From an uncultured Phycisphaera sp. (GTDB taxonomy: Bacteria; Planctomycetota; Phycisphaerae; UBA1845), in the NCBI GenBank assembly GCA_964646605.1, contig CAZYEX010000137.1, positions 35,580 through 99,579 on the forward strand: a stretch of 64,000 bases of DNA, read 5' to 3'. The translations under genes and the position numbers were made by a program. A model generated the notes under the pieces. It saw only the letters and a list, made by a program, of their open reading frames with translations. It had not been told where the DNA came from and ran no database searches. Each line of letters starts with the position of its first letter. Position 1 is the stretch's first letter. Shown in pieces: positions 36,926 to 46,522 of this stretch.

Positions 36926-38206
36926 ATGGAGCAGGGGGGAGGTTGGATCGCGTCATTTCGCGGCCTCCTGCAGTACCTTCTCTGGCCCTTGCAGTTCACG
37001 ATCGTTCGGGACCTCGTGGCCTTGGGCGCCATCTTTGGTTTGTTCAACCTGATTCCCATTTACACGATTTGGTGGGAACGGAAGGTCGCGGGTCGGATTC
37101 AATCGCGCTTGGGGCCGATGCGCGTCGGCGGCTGGCACGGATGGGCCCAGTCGCTCGCCGACGGCATCAAGCTCATGCTCAAGGAGGACCTCATCCCCCG
37201 CGATGCGGACGCCGTCCTATTTCGGCTGTCGCCGTACCTTGCGATTATCCCCGCGGCCTTGGGGTTCGTGGCCCTGCCGTTTGGGGCAACCTACGTCTTT
37301 CGAGACCTGGACGTGGCCTTGGTGTTCACGCTCGGTGTACTCGGAGTGGAAGTGGTCGGAGTGATCCTCGCCGGTTGGTCGTCGAACAACAAATGGAGTG
37401 TGTACGGGGCGATGCGCGAGGCCTGCCAGATGGTCTCCTATGAAATCCCCATGGGCATGGCCCTGCTCGTTCCCGTCGTGACCGTGGGGTCGCTCAGCCT
37501 GCATAAGATTGCCGAGGCCCAGGCGGGCGGGTGGTTTTCGTGGTTGGCATTCAGCAGCCCGTTCGCGTTCGTCGCCTTTGTCTCGTACTTCATCGCCTCG
37601 CTGGCGAGCTGCAAGCGAGCTCCGTTCGATCTCCCCGAAGCCGAAAGCGAGTTGGTGGCCGGGTTTCACACGGAGTATTCGGGTTTGCGCTGGAGTTTTT
37701 TCTTTTTCGCCGAATACGCCGCGATGTTCGTCGTCAGCGGGTTGGCGGTGATTCTTTTTCTCGGCGCGTGGCACTCGCCGCTGCCCGCGTCGTGGAGCGA
37801 TGCGGTCGCGGTGCGTTTCGGCGCGGAGTCGGTATTGACCCACGGGATTCAAGGCGTTCTCTTTAGCGGTCCCATCTGGTTGATCGCTAAGTGCGTGTTC
37901 CTCCTCTATGTTCAGATTTGGCTCCGTTGGACCCTGCCGCGAATACGCATCGACCAAGTATTGTATGGTTGCGTGCAAGTCCTCCTCCCCATGACCATGC
38001 TCGTGCTTCTTGGAAGTACCCTTTGGGTCTGGGCCTCCACGTCCGCCCATCCCGGCTGGACCCTGTTTGCCAAGGTGTGTAACGGTTTGGTGGGCGGCAT
38101 CGGCGCGGTATTCGTCCTGATGTTTCCGGCGATCGCCGCTTATGGGTTCTATCATCGGCGGCGGTTGGTCGGCAATCTGGCCGTTGACGCTTTACCGGGT
38201 GCATAG
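36926..38206 (+). CDS. nuoH: NADH-quinone oxidoreductase subunit H (NuoH/ND1)
   Basis: LFNLIPIYTIWWERKVAGRIQSRLGPMRVGGWHGWAQSLADGIKL plus eight TM helices. Start uncertain: the ORF is open from 36596; M at 36926 gives a 426-aa product. Confidence 0.75.
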   Translation: MEQGGGWIASFRGLLQYLLWPLQFTIVRDLVALGAIFGLFNLIPIYTIWWERKVAGRIQSRLGPMRVGGWHGWAQSLADGIKLMLKEDLIPRDADAVLFRLSPYLAIIPAALGFVALPFGATYVFRDLDVALVFTLGVLGVEVVGVILAGWSSNNKWSVYGAMREACQMVSYEIPMGMALLVPVVTVGSLSLHKIAEAQAGGWFSWLAFSSPFAFVAFVSYFIASLASCKRAPFDLPEAESELVAGFHTEYSGLRWSFFFFAEYAAMFVVSGLAVILFLGAWHSPLPASWSDAVAVRFGAESVLTHGIQGVLFSGPIWLIAKCVFLLYVQIWLRWTLPRIRIDQVLYGCVQVLLPMTMLVLLGSTLWVWASTSAHPGWTLFAKVCNGLVGGIGAVFVLMFPAIAAYGFYHRRRLVGNLAVDALPGA

Positions 38207-38761
38207 ATGCAAAACGCAATCGCCCTGGCGCAAATCACGGACGTGGTCAACGCCGCCCCGCCCGGGGGGTTCATGGAGGCGCTGTTGTTCTATTCCGTCG
38301 CCGGGGCCACGGTGGCGTCGGCGCTCGGCGTATGTATCTCCAAGAACATCGTGCGCATGGCCGTCTGGCTGTTCATGGCATTGGGTTCGGTTGCGATGGT
38401 GTACTTCCTCCTGGCCGCGAACTTCCTCGGAGCCATCCAATTGATCATCTATGCCGGCGGGACGCTCGTCTTGCTGATCTTCGGCGTGATGCTCACCAGC
38501 AAGTCACCCTGGGTACGCTATGACACTCCGAAGTTGGAGTTGGTCGGCGCCGGCGTCGTCTCTGTGGCCCTGCTGGTATGCCTCTGCACGGTGATGACCC
38601 GTACCACGTGGGCGGGTACCCTGGAAGTCGTTCCCGGCGCCTCCGTCGCCGCCTTTGGAGAGCGATTGTTGACCACCTATTTGGTTCCCTTTGAGGTGGC
38701 GGGCGTGCTTTTGATGATCGTGATGGTCGGCGCGGCTCATTTGGCGAGACAGGAAGCATGA
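38207..38761 (+). CDS. nuoJ: NADH-quinone oxidoreductase subunit J (NuoJ/ND6)
   Basis: 184 aa, five TM helices, ND6-like. Confidence 0.8.
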   Translation: MQNAIALAQITDVVNAAPPGGFMEALLFYSVAGATVASALGVCISKNIVRMAVWLFMALGSVAMVYFLLAANFLGAIQLIIYAGGTLVLLIFGVMLTSKSPWVRYDTPKLELVGAGVVSVALLVCLCTVMTRTTWAGTLEVVPGASVAAFGERLLTTYLVPFEVAGVLLMIVMVGAAHLARQEA

Positions 38762-38845
38762 AGTTCAAAATTCAAAGTTCAAAGTTCAAAATGGGACGCG
38801 AGGACGTTCTTCGAACTTCGAACTTCGAACTTCGAACTTAGGTGT
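38759..38845 (+). repeat. Heptamer-based inverted repeat element in the nuoJ-nuoK spacer, beginning with ATG and paralogous to the 5' end of the pseudopilin gene at 58496-59560
   Basis: atg aagttca aaattca aagttca aagttca ... cgaactt cgaactt cgaactt. In this stretch the ORF-track coordinates and the displayed numbering appear to differ by 7 nt, so coordinates are given to within 7 nt. Confidence 0.5.
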
Positions 38846-39164
38846 GCGGACGATGGCTATCGGACTGACACATTACCTCGTCGTCGCCGCCGTCCTCTTC
38901 GTGACCGGACTGTTCACGATGATGACCAAGCGCAATGCGATCGGCATCCTCATCGGCGTCGAATTGGTGCTCAACAGCGCCAATGTGAACCTTGCGGCGT
39001 TCGATCGATATTTGGGACCGGGGCGACTGGACGGGCAGGTCACGGCGTTGTTTGTCATTGTACTGGCGGCGGCCGAGGCGGCGCTGGCCGTGGGAATCTG
39101 TATCAACGTCTACAAGAATCTGTCCACGGTCGACGTCGACCGTGCGGTGAGCTTGCAAGGGTAG
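38844..39164 (+). CDS. nuoK: NADH-quinone oxidoreductase subunit K (NuoK/ND4L)
   Basis: 106 aa, three TM helices, conserved GVELVLNSANVNL and AAAEAALAVG motifs. Coordinates taken from the ORF track. Confidence 0.85.
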   Translation: MRTMAIGLTHYLVVAAVLFVTGLFTMMTKRNAIGILIGVELVLNSANVNLAAFDRYLGPGRLDGQVTALFVIVLAAAEAALAVGICINVYKNLSTVDVDRAVSLQG

Positions 39165-39357
39165 GAATTGCGTTCCGCATCCCTGCGTGGGCTAGGATGC
39201 CGGTGCTTGGAGAAGATCCGATGATCGTCGAAGGTACATTGCTGGATATGCTGCTGAACATCCTCACGTTTCCACTGCAGTTGGTGGAGTTTATTGTGAA
39301 CGGCGGACTGAGCGTCCTGTTCTTTGACGTTCTGCGGATCGGATCGTAATTCGGCAT

Positions 39358-41754
39358 ATGGCGCAACATTCGTATGAAATCGCGCTGGCCCTGGGCGTCC
39401 TCTCGCCGTTGGTTAGTTTTTGGATTCTGGTGTTCTGGGGTCCCAGACTGGGCAAGCCGGCCGCCGGATGGGTCGGCGTCGTCCTGGGAATGGGCGTGCC
39501 CTTGGCATTGGCTACCTATGTCCTGCTGGGATGGCTCGACGCAGTTCACACCCATCAATCCGCCCAACTGACTGCCGACGCACTCCGCTATCACTGGGCC
39601 GATCTGGGCGGCGTCCCGGTCACCATCGGCGTCAAGCTCGATTCCCTCACCGTGGCGATGTACTTCATGGTCACCTTCGTCGCCTTCTGGATTTTCGTCT
39701 TCAGCGTCGGCTATATGGCCGGTCACAGTGACGAGGTCGATCATCGCAGCAAGTATCATCGCTTCTTCGCCTATTTGTCCCTGTTTGCATTCAGCATGTT
39801 GGGGTTGGTGGTGAGCAGTAGTTTGCTCTTCCTATTCATCTTCTGGGAGTTGGTTGGACTGTGCAGTTATCTTCTCATCGGCTTCTACTTCGACAGACCC
39901 TACGCATCCCGCGCCGCGATCAAGGCTTTCATCACCAACCGCGTGGGTGATTTCGGCTTCTTGATCGGACTGATGCTCGTCTACTTTCACCTCCAAACAT
40001 TGGATCTGGACGAAGCCGCCGCGAAGTTCGCGCAGCAGTTTGCCGCCGGTACCGGCGTCTTCGCGAGCGGCTACACGCTCCTCGGTTGGTCGCTGGCGAC
40101 GATCATGGGGGTCGGGTTGTTCTGCGGGGCGATGGGTAAGAGCGCACAGTTCCCCTTGCACGTCTGGCTGCCGGACGCCATGGCCGGTCCCACGCCGGTC
40201 AGCGCCCTCATCCACGCCGCCACTATGGTCGCCGCAGGCGTCTATCTTGTGGCCCGCGTGTTTCGTCTGATGACTCCCGATGCCCTGATGTTCGTCGCCA
40301 CGATCGGGTGTCTGACGCTGTTTCTCATGTCCCTGATCGCCATTGTGCAGACCGACATCAAGAAGTGTCTGGCCTATTCCACATTGTCGCAGCTTGGCTA
40401 TATGATCTTCGGGTTGGGGTGTGGTGCGTGGATTGCGGCGCTCTTTCACCTGATCACCCACGCCTTCTTCAAGGCCATGCTCTTTCTCGGCTCGGGACAG
40501 GTGATCGAAGGCTGCCATCACGAGCAGGACATGCGAAAGATGGGCGGTCTGCGCTCCAAGATGCCGGTCACCTGTTGGACATTCTTCATCGGAGTGCTGG
40601 CCATTGCGGGAACGGGCATTCCCGGTACGCAAATCGGCCTCGGCGGCTTCTTCAGCAAAGACGAAATCCTTGCCGTCGCCTATGCACGGGCATTTGAATG
40701 GAACGATTATCACAAACACGAAGCACACGAGGGCGGTCACGTTACTTCAGTGCCCGAGGCGGAGACCCTTTCAGAGCCCGGAGCGCAACCGACGGGTGTT
40801 GTTCCGACGACGACGGGACATGGAACGCCGATTCGCCTGGCGAGCGACCCCGTCACGTACGAACCCTCGATCATGGCCCGCCACGGTGAATTCAGCAAGT
40901 CAGCGATCTTCCAGCGGACCCGGCCTCTGCCGGCCTGGATGTTCTACCTCGCCCTGGCCACCGCCTATGTGACGCCCTTCTATATGATGCGTTGCTGGTG
41001 GATGACCTTTATGGGCAAACCGCGCGATGAACACGTTCACCATCACGCACACGAAAGCCCGTTGATGTATATCCCCCTCGTCGTACTGGCGCTGGGCACC
41101 GTCGGGTCGAGCTACTTTCTGTTTCGACCGTTGTTCGCCGATGCGTCCACGGCAGCAACGGCTGCGCCGATCGTTCTCGCCACGGACGGCCACTTGCACA
41201 CCGCCGCCATCACGTCGGCCCATCATTGGCTCCGTTTCGGCGTCGGCGGCGCCTTCTTGGCGGGCTTCGTGCTTGCCATTCTTGTATATTCTCGCGGCCT
41301 GGCCCTCCCCGAGCGAATCCGCCGCGTCCTTTGGCCACTCCACTCTTTGTTGGAGCGCAAATACTTCTTTGACGAGGTGTACGAGATTGTGTGGGTAAAG
41401 GGATGCATTCTGCTTGCGAAAATCGCGCGTTTCATCGACACTTGGTTCGTGGACCTGATCTTCAATACGCTGGCGAGCGCCACGGAGCGGCTGGCGGTCT
41501 TCTCGGGAATGGTGCTGGACAAACACGGCGTGGACGGCATCGTCAATGGAGTCGCCGACACTTCCTTGATCGTGTCCGACGCCCTGCGCGGACCGCAAAC
41601 GGGGCGGATCCGCAACTACGTACTTTTCGCAACCGCGGTTGCGACGATCATTCTAGTGTTCCTCCTCCTGTACGGCCCACAGGGGGGAGGAATGGGAGCC
41701 ACTGTCAGCCTCGCCGCTCCCATGGGCGGCGGTGCAGCGATGATGCGCCCCTAG
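39358..41754 (+). CDS. nuoL: NADH-quinone oxidoreductase subunit L (NuoL/ND5), long form with C-terminal extension
   Basis: HVWLPDAMAGPTPVSALIHAATMVAAGVYL antiporter-like motif; 798 aa. Confidence 0.85.
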   Translation: MAQHSYEIALALGVLSPLVSFWILVFWGPRLGKPAAGWVGVVLGMGVPLALATYVLLGWLDAVHTHQSAQLTADALRYHWADLGGVPVTIGVKLDSLTVAMYFMVTFVAFWIFVFSVGYMAGHSDEVDHRSKYHRFFAYLSLFAFSMLGLVVSSSLLFLFIFWELVGLCSYLLIGFYFDRPYASRAAIKAFITNRVGDFGFLIGLMLVYFHLQTLDLDEAAAKFAQQFAAGTGVFASGYTLLGWSLATIMGVGLFCGAMGKSAQFPLHVWLPDAMAGPTPVSALIHAATMVAAGVYLVARVFRLMTPDALMFVATIGCLTLFLMSLIAIVQTDIKKCLAYSTLSQLGYMIFGLGCGAWIAALFHLITHAFFKAMLFLGSGQVIEGCHHEQDMRKMGGLRSKMPVTCWTFFIGVLAIAGTGIPGTQIGLGGFFSKDEILAVAYARAFEWNDYHKHEAHEGGHVTSVPEAETLSEPGAQPTGVVPTTTGHGTPIRLASDPVTYEPSIMARHGEFSKSAIFQRTRPLPAWMFYLALATAYVTPFYMMRCWWMTFMGKPRDEHVHHHAHESPLMYIPLVVLALGTVGSSYFLFRPLFADASTAATAAPIVLATDGHLHTAAITSAHHWLRFGVGGAFLAGFVLAILVYSRGLALPERIRRVLWPLHSLLERKYFFDEVYEIVWVKGCILLAKIARFIDTWFVDLIFNTLASATERLAVFSGMVLDKHGVDGIVNGVADTSLIVSDALRGPQTGRIRNYVLFATAVATIILVFLLLYGPQGGGMGATVSLAAPMGGGAAMMRP

Positions 41755-41766
41755 GGCTCGAGCGAC

Positions 41767-43431
41767 TTGACCATGCAACACATACTTTCCTGGACGGTCT
41801 TTCTCCCAAGCATCGGTGCGGTCCTCGTTCTGTTCGCGCCCAAGCGGCAGGCGCGGACCATCGCACTGCTGGCTACCTTGGTGACTTTACTCTTGTCGTT
41901 GACCTTGTTTCCTACGTTCTGGAACGGCGGCGATCCGGCGAGCGCGCCGTCCGTCTTCGGAGGAACCTATGGGCTGCTTCATCACGTCGAACGGGCAACG
42001 TGGATCGCCATACCCGGAAAGCTGAACATCGAATACTTTCTGGGGATCGACGGACTGGGGTTTCCGCTTTTCGTTCTGACGACTTTCGTGTGTTTCCTCG
42101 CCTGCTGGGCGAGTTGGAACTTCGATCACTGGAACATACACAAAGGGCCGCGGGCCTATTTCGTACTCTTCCTTCTCCTCGAAACGGGTATGTTGGGCGT
42201 GTTCGTCTCGCTGGACTTTTTCCTTTTTTACATATTCTGGGAAGTGATGCTCCTCCCCATGTACTTCCTCATCGGCGTCTGGGGCGGTGCGCGGAAGGAA
42301 TACGCCGCCATCAAGTTCTTCCTTTTCACCCTGGCGGGGTCTGTGTTGATGCTCGTCGCCCTCGTGGCCATGTACTTCTATAGCGACGCCGCGATTCAAC
42401 TCGCCGGCGGAAAGGCGCCCAGTGCGTATCGCGCGACGCAGGGCACGGTCCTTACCCACGGCACGTTCGACCTGATCGAACTGGCGACAAACCCGGTGAT
42501 ACACGAGTACTTTGCCGCCAAGTCCACGCTCTTTCTGGGATTCAAATTCGCGCCGTTGATGTTCATATTCCTGTTCATCGGGTTCGCCATCAAACTGCCG
42601 TGCGTTCCCGTGCATACCTGGTTGCCGGACGCCCACGTCGAGGCCCCGACTCCCATTAGCATGATCCTTGCCGGCGTTCTATTGAAAATGGGCGGCTATG
42701 GTTTCTTGCGACTATGTTACCCGATCTTCCCGGTGGGCGCCGAAACGTGGGCCTTCACTCTCGCCGTCATCGGCGTCGTGAGCATTCTCTATGGCGCTCT
42801 GTGCGCCATGGCGCAGACGGACTTCAAGAAACTCGTCGCCTATAGTTCCGTCTCTCACATGGGATATGTTTTGCTGGGCATTGCAGTGATGACCCAGGCC
42901 GGCTTTCAGGGAGCGATGTTCCAGATGATCGCCCATGGCATTAGCTCGCCCATGTGCTTTTTCCTGGTTGGAGTGATTTATGACCGCGCTCATCATCGAG
43001 AGATCAATCGTTTCGGCGGTCTGTGGCTGACCATGCCCAAGTATGGCACGCTGGCGACGATCGGCTTCTTTGCATCCCTGGGACTGCCGGGGCTGTGCGG
43101 GTTCATCGGCGAATTATGGGTGCTCATGGGCACCTTCGACGCCCGCCATCGCTTCGATTGGGCCATGCCCATGGCCATTCTCGCCGCGAGCGGCGTGATC
43201 CTGACCGCTGGGTACATACTGTGGCTCATCCGGCGTGTGTACCTCGGAAAGGAACGCGAAGAATATGCCCAATACCCCGATGCCAGCGTCCGTGAGACTT
43301 GGATTCTCGCCCCCATGGCCGTTCTTTGCATTGCGATGGGCGTTCTCCCCATGCAAACGGTATTCAATTACGCCAATGGCACGCTGGATGTGATGTTGGC
43401 CCATGTTACTCGCTCGCTCGGCGGTCCGTGA
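41767..43431 (+). CDS. nuoM: NADH-quinone oxidoreductase subunit M (NuoM/ND4)
   Basis: TWLPDAHVEAPTPISMILAGVLLKMGGYG. Confidence 0.85.
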   Translation: MTMQHILSWTVFLPSIGAVLVLFAPKRQARTIALLATLVTLLLSLTLFPTFWNGGDPASAPSVFGGTYGLLHHVERATWIAIPGKLNIEYFLGIDGLGFPLFVLTTFVCFLACWASWNFDHWNIHKGPRAYFVLFLLLETGMLGVFVSLDFFLFYIFWEVMLLPMYFLIGVWGGARKEYAAIKFFLFTLAGSVLMLVALVAMYFYSDAAIQLAGGKAPSAYRATQGTVLTHGTFDLIELATNPVIHEYFAAKSTLFLGFKFAPLMFIFLFIGFAIKLPCVPVHTWLPDAHVEAPTPISMILAGVLLKMGGYGFLRLCYPIFPVGAETWAFTLAVIGVVSILYGALCAMAQTDFKKLVAYSSVSHMGYVLLGIAVMTQAGFQGAMFQMIAHGISSPMCFFLVGVIYDRAHHREINRFGGLWLTMPKYGTLATIGFFASLGLPGLCGFIGELWVLMGTFDARHRFDWAMPMAILAASGVILTAGYILWLIRRVYLGKEREEYAQYPDASVRETWILAPMAVLCIAMGVLPMQTVFNYANGTLDVMLAHVTRSLGGP

Positions 43432-43433
43432 AC

Positions 43434-45035
43434 ATGAATTCTTGGTCTACCATTCCCGTCGTCGAGCACCTGTTTTTCTTCTCGCCCTTGCTGGCGTTGA
43501 CGGCGACTATGTTGGCCATTGTCGCGTGTCCGTTGGTTGCCGGCCGGTCATCCAAAACCATTGGCGGAGTCGCCGCCGTGGGGATTCTGGCCGCATTTCT
43601 TCTGGCCCTTTCCGTCGGGGGCGCGGTGATGAACGGCGGTGTAAGCGGTCTGTCAACCCAACCGGCGGCGGGGCTCTTGATCGCGGACAATCTCTCGATC
43701 GTCTTTCAGATTGTGCTAATCGCATTCCTCGGTGGTGTCACGCTTCTGTGGAAGCTCGGCTCGGCCGAAACCGAACGAAACGCCCCTGAGTTTTTCATAC
43801 TCTTGTTGGGCAGCGCCGTGGGAATGGTCCTGATGGCCAGTTCCACGAACCTGCTGATGATCGTCGTCGCGTTGGAGACGGCGTCCTTGCCCAGCTATGC
43901 TCTCGTCGGGTTCGACAAGCGCGACAAACTCGGCGCCGAGGCCTCGCTGAAGTATATGGTATTCGGCGCCGTCTCTGCCGCCATCATGCTCTATGGCGCC
44001 AGTCTCCTCTATGGCCTGGTCGGCAGTCTCAGCGCCGTCGATGTGGCGCGATACGCCGTCGCCCAGCTCGCCGGCGGCGGCGAGAAACTCCTCCTGTTCG
44101 CCGGACTGCTCTGCTTCTTCGCCGGAATCGCCTTCAAGATCTCCGCCGTCCCCTTCCATTTCTGGTGTCCGGACGCCTTCGAGGGCGCCAAGATCGAAGT
44201 CACCACCTGGTTGAGCGTGGTGAGCAAAGCCGCGGGCTTGGTGTTGCTCACCCGCCTGGTCTTGATCTTCTGCCAGTCCGTGGACACACCCCTGGCCATG
44301 CCCATTCTGCAACCGCTTGCCTGGACCATTGCCATCACCGCGGCCGTCACTTGTACCGTCGGTAACTTCGCCGCATACCGCCAACGAAGCGCAAAACGCC
44401 TCCTCGCCTACTCCTCTATTGCCCACGCCGGGTACATGATGATGGCCGCCGCCGTCTTCCTTCACCCCTCCACACCGGCATACCCGTCGGGTCTGACCGC
44501 GTTGTTGGTCTACATGATCATCTATGCGTTGATGAACCTGGGCGCCTTCGGAGTAACCGCACTGGTGTCGTGGGAGGCGGGACATGATCGCATCGAAGTC
44601 TTCAACGGGTTGGCCCGACGCGCCCCATGGCTCGCCGTACCGATGGTCATTTTCTTGATGTCACTGGTGGGCCTACCTCCGCTGGCCGGTTTCGTCGGCA
44701 AGTGGTGGATCCTCTTGGCCCTCGGCAATCTGCACAGCACCCTCGGTTGGTTCCTCGTTATAGCCGCGGTGCTCAACACCCTCTTCAGTCTGTACTACTA
44801 TCTGCGGATCGTCGTGCAAATGACCCTCCGCGATGACGGTCGACCCGCCGCCCAAACGCCGATCGGCGGATTGGCTCTGGTCAACGTCTGTGCCGCGGCG
44901 CTTGTCCTCCTGTTCGTGTTTGCCCAACCCTTGTATCGCGTCGCCGATCGTTACGCGCGGCACCTGAACCCCACGACCTCGACGATCGCCGTGTCCCCCA
45001 CCGTCGCATCCCGCACCGCGGTCGCCGGCGAATGA
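43434..45035 (+). CDS. nuoN: NADH-quinone oxidoreductase subunit N (NuoN/ND2)
   Basis: FHFWCPDAFEGAKIEVTTWLSVVSKAAGL. Start at MNSWSTIP immediately after the nuoM stop; the ORF-track start at 43299 overlaps nuoM. Confidence 0.85.
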   Translation: MNSWSTIPVVEHLFFFSPLLALTATMLAIVACPLVAGRSSKTIGGVAAVGILAAFLLALSVGGAVMNGGVSGLSTQPAAGLLIADNLSIVFQIVLIAFLGGVTLLWKLGSAETERNAPEFFILLLGSAVGMVLMASSTNLLMIVVALETASLPSYALVGFDKRDKLGAEASLKYMVFGAVSAAIMLYGASLLYGLVGSLSAVDVARYAVAQLAGGGEKLLLFAGLLCFFAGIAFKISAVPFHFWCPDAFEGAKIEVTTWLSVVSKAAGLVLLTRLVLIFCQSVDTPLAMPILQPLAWTIAITAAVTCTVGNFAAYRQRSAKRLLAYSSIAHAGYMMMAAAVFLHPSTPAYPSGLTALLVYMIIYALMNLGAFGVTALVSWEAGHDRIEVFNGLARRAPWLAVPMVIFLMSLVGLPPLAGFVGKWWILLALGNLHSTLGWFLVIAAVLNTLFSLYYYLRIVVQMTLRDDGRPAAQTPIGGLALVNVCAAALVLLFVFAQPLYRVADRYARHLNPTTSTIAVSPTVASRTAVAGE

Positions 45036-45074
45036 CCCGACATGGCCCATCGTGCGGTTGACGGTTGGAAGGAT

Positions 45075-45905
45075 TCAGAGCGGCCCCCAAAGAACCGCGC
45101 ACGCCAACAAGAGGCAATAAACTGCGAAGTAGTGGAGCTTAGCACGCCGAACGGCCCCAAGAAGCAAGCGAAGCGCCACGATCCCCACGAGCATGGAAAC
45201 CACGGCCGCCGCGAAAATCGGACCCCAGGGCAGTGCCGTCACCGCCGACCCCAGTTGCAATGCGTCCATCAGCTTGATCACCGTCGCCCCCAGGATCGCG
45301 GGAATCGCAAGATAGAAGCTGAACTCCGCCGCCCATCGCCGACGCAGTCCCATGAATGTGGCCGTGCAGATCGTCGATCCACTGCGCGACACGCCGGGCA
45401 GAATGGCGATGCCCTGGGCGACGCCGATGAGCGCCGCCTGCCAGAACTGAAACCGCTTCCACCCTCGCCGCCCTCGACCGACGAGCGCCGTCGCGGCCAG
45501 TAAACCCGCGGTGACGAGGAGTCCCACACCGATGGATCGGGGACTTCCGAATGCCGCTTCGAACGTGGGTTTGAAGGTCAGTCCGATCACCGCCGTCGGA
45601 ATCGACGCCACGACGGCCAACGAAACGATCCGCCACGCAGAACGCGGCCCGGTCCAGGACCGACTCGACTCCGAAATCAAACGCCCAACGTGACCGCGGA
45701 TCGATTCGTGGAACACGACGAATATCGAGATCACCGTTCCGATGTGAACGGCGCAGTCGAACAGCAGCATGGGGAGCGAATCAGCGTTCAACCCCATCCA
45801 GCCCTGCGAGAGGGCAAGGTGGGCACTGCTGCTGACCGGGAGGAATTCGGTCAGTCCCTGGATCACGCCCAGCACGACGGCCCATCCGTAGCCCAGTTCG
45901 CTCAC
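45075..45905 (-). CDS. uppP: Undecaprenyl-diphosphate phosphatase (BacA/UppP)
   Basis: VIQGLTEFLPVSSSAHL motif; eight TM. GTG start at 45905 overlapping the pgsA stop (GTGA). Confidence 0.85.
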   Translation of the reverse strand: MSELGYGWAVVLGVIQGLTEFLPVSSSAHLALSQGWMGLNADSLPMLLFDCAVHIGTVISIFVVFHESIRGHVGRLISESSRSWTGPRSAWRIVSLAVVASIPTAVIGLTFKPTFEAAFGSPRSIGVGLLVTAGLLAATALVGRGRRGWKRFQFWQAALIGVAQGIAILPGVSRSGSTICTATFMGLRRRWAAEFSFYLAIPAILGATVIKLMDALQLGSAVTALPWGPIFAAAVVSMLVGIVALRLLLGAVRRAKLHYFAVYCLLLACAVLWGPL

Positions 45906-46522
45906 GCCGGGGCGCTTTCCTCGAGGATATGACGGGAGCGCAGCATGTAATGAACCGCGGAGAGCGCCGTCACCAAAACGGTCAGCCACACCAACACGCC
46001 CTTGACCACCGCCGCCGATGACGGAGTGAACCAACGCTCCTCATGCGCGATGATGAGGAGCAGCGCCGGGGCCGCGATGCTCTGCATCCACATCTTCAGC
46101 TTCCCGTGCAGCGACGCCCCCAGCGGTTTGCCCACCGATTCGTTGAACCCGCGCAGGCCCGTGACCAACATCTCCCGTCCCACGATCACCACCACCATCC
46201 ACCCGCTGACCTCGGTGACGTTGTGTCCGCCCGCGTCCACGAAACCGGGGCCTGCAAACAGGATGAACGCCCCGCAGACCAGAACTTTATCGACCAGAGG
46301 ATCGAGAATCCGCCCCAGGGGGGTCACCAACCCACGCTTTCGGGCGATGTATCCGTCGATGATATCCGTAGCGGCGGCGATGATGAACATAGCCACGGCC
46401 ACGTCCAACATCCACAGTTGCGGAGTTCGCTGCGAGTATTGCGAGAGGAGGATTACGAATACGACGGCCAGCACCAGGCGGGCCAAGGTGATCCGATTGG
46501 GTAGATTCAGCGTCTGCTTCAT
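45902..46522 (-). CDS. pgsA: CDP-alcohol phosphatidyltransferase (PgsA-like)
   Basis: DIIDGYIARKRGLVTPLGRILDPLVDKV (D-G-x2-A-R-x8-G-x3-D-x3-D). Confidence 0.8.
   Translation of the reverse strand: MKQTLNLPNRITLARLVLAVVFVILLSQYSQRTPQLWMLDVAVAMFIIAAATDIIDGYIARKRGLVTPLGRILDPLVDKVLVCGAFILFAGPGFVDAGGHNVTEVSGWMVVVIVGREMLVTGLRGFNESVGKPLGASLHGKLKMWMQSIAAPALLLIIAHEERWFTPSSAAVVKGVLVWLTVLVTALSAVHYMLRSRHILEESAPA

Noticed and set aside
38761-39360. Apparent 7-nt disagreement between the ORF-track coordinates of nuoK (and overlapping minus-strand ORFs) and positions counted from the printed sequence lines
   Set aside because: Could not be resolved by eye and may be my own counting error; the flanking genes agree. 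ORF-track coordinates were used for nuoK, and the repeat element is given with a 7-nt tolerance. Noted only because 7 nt equals one repeat unit.
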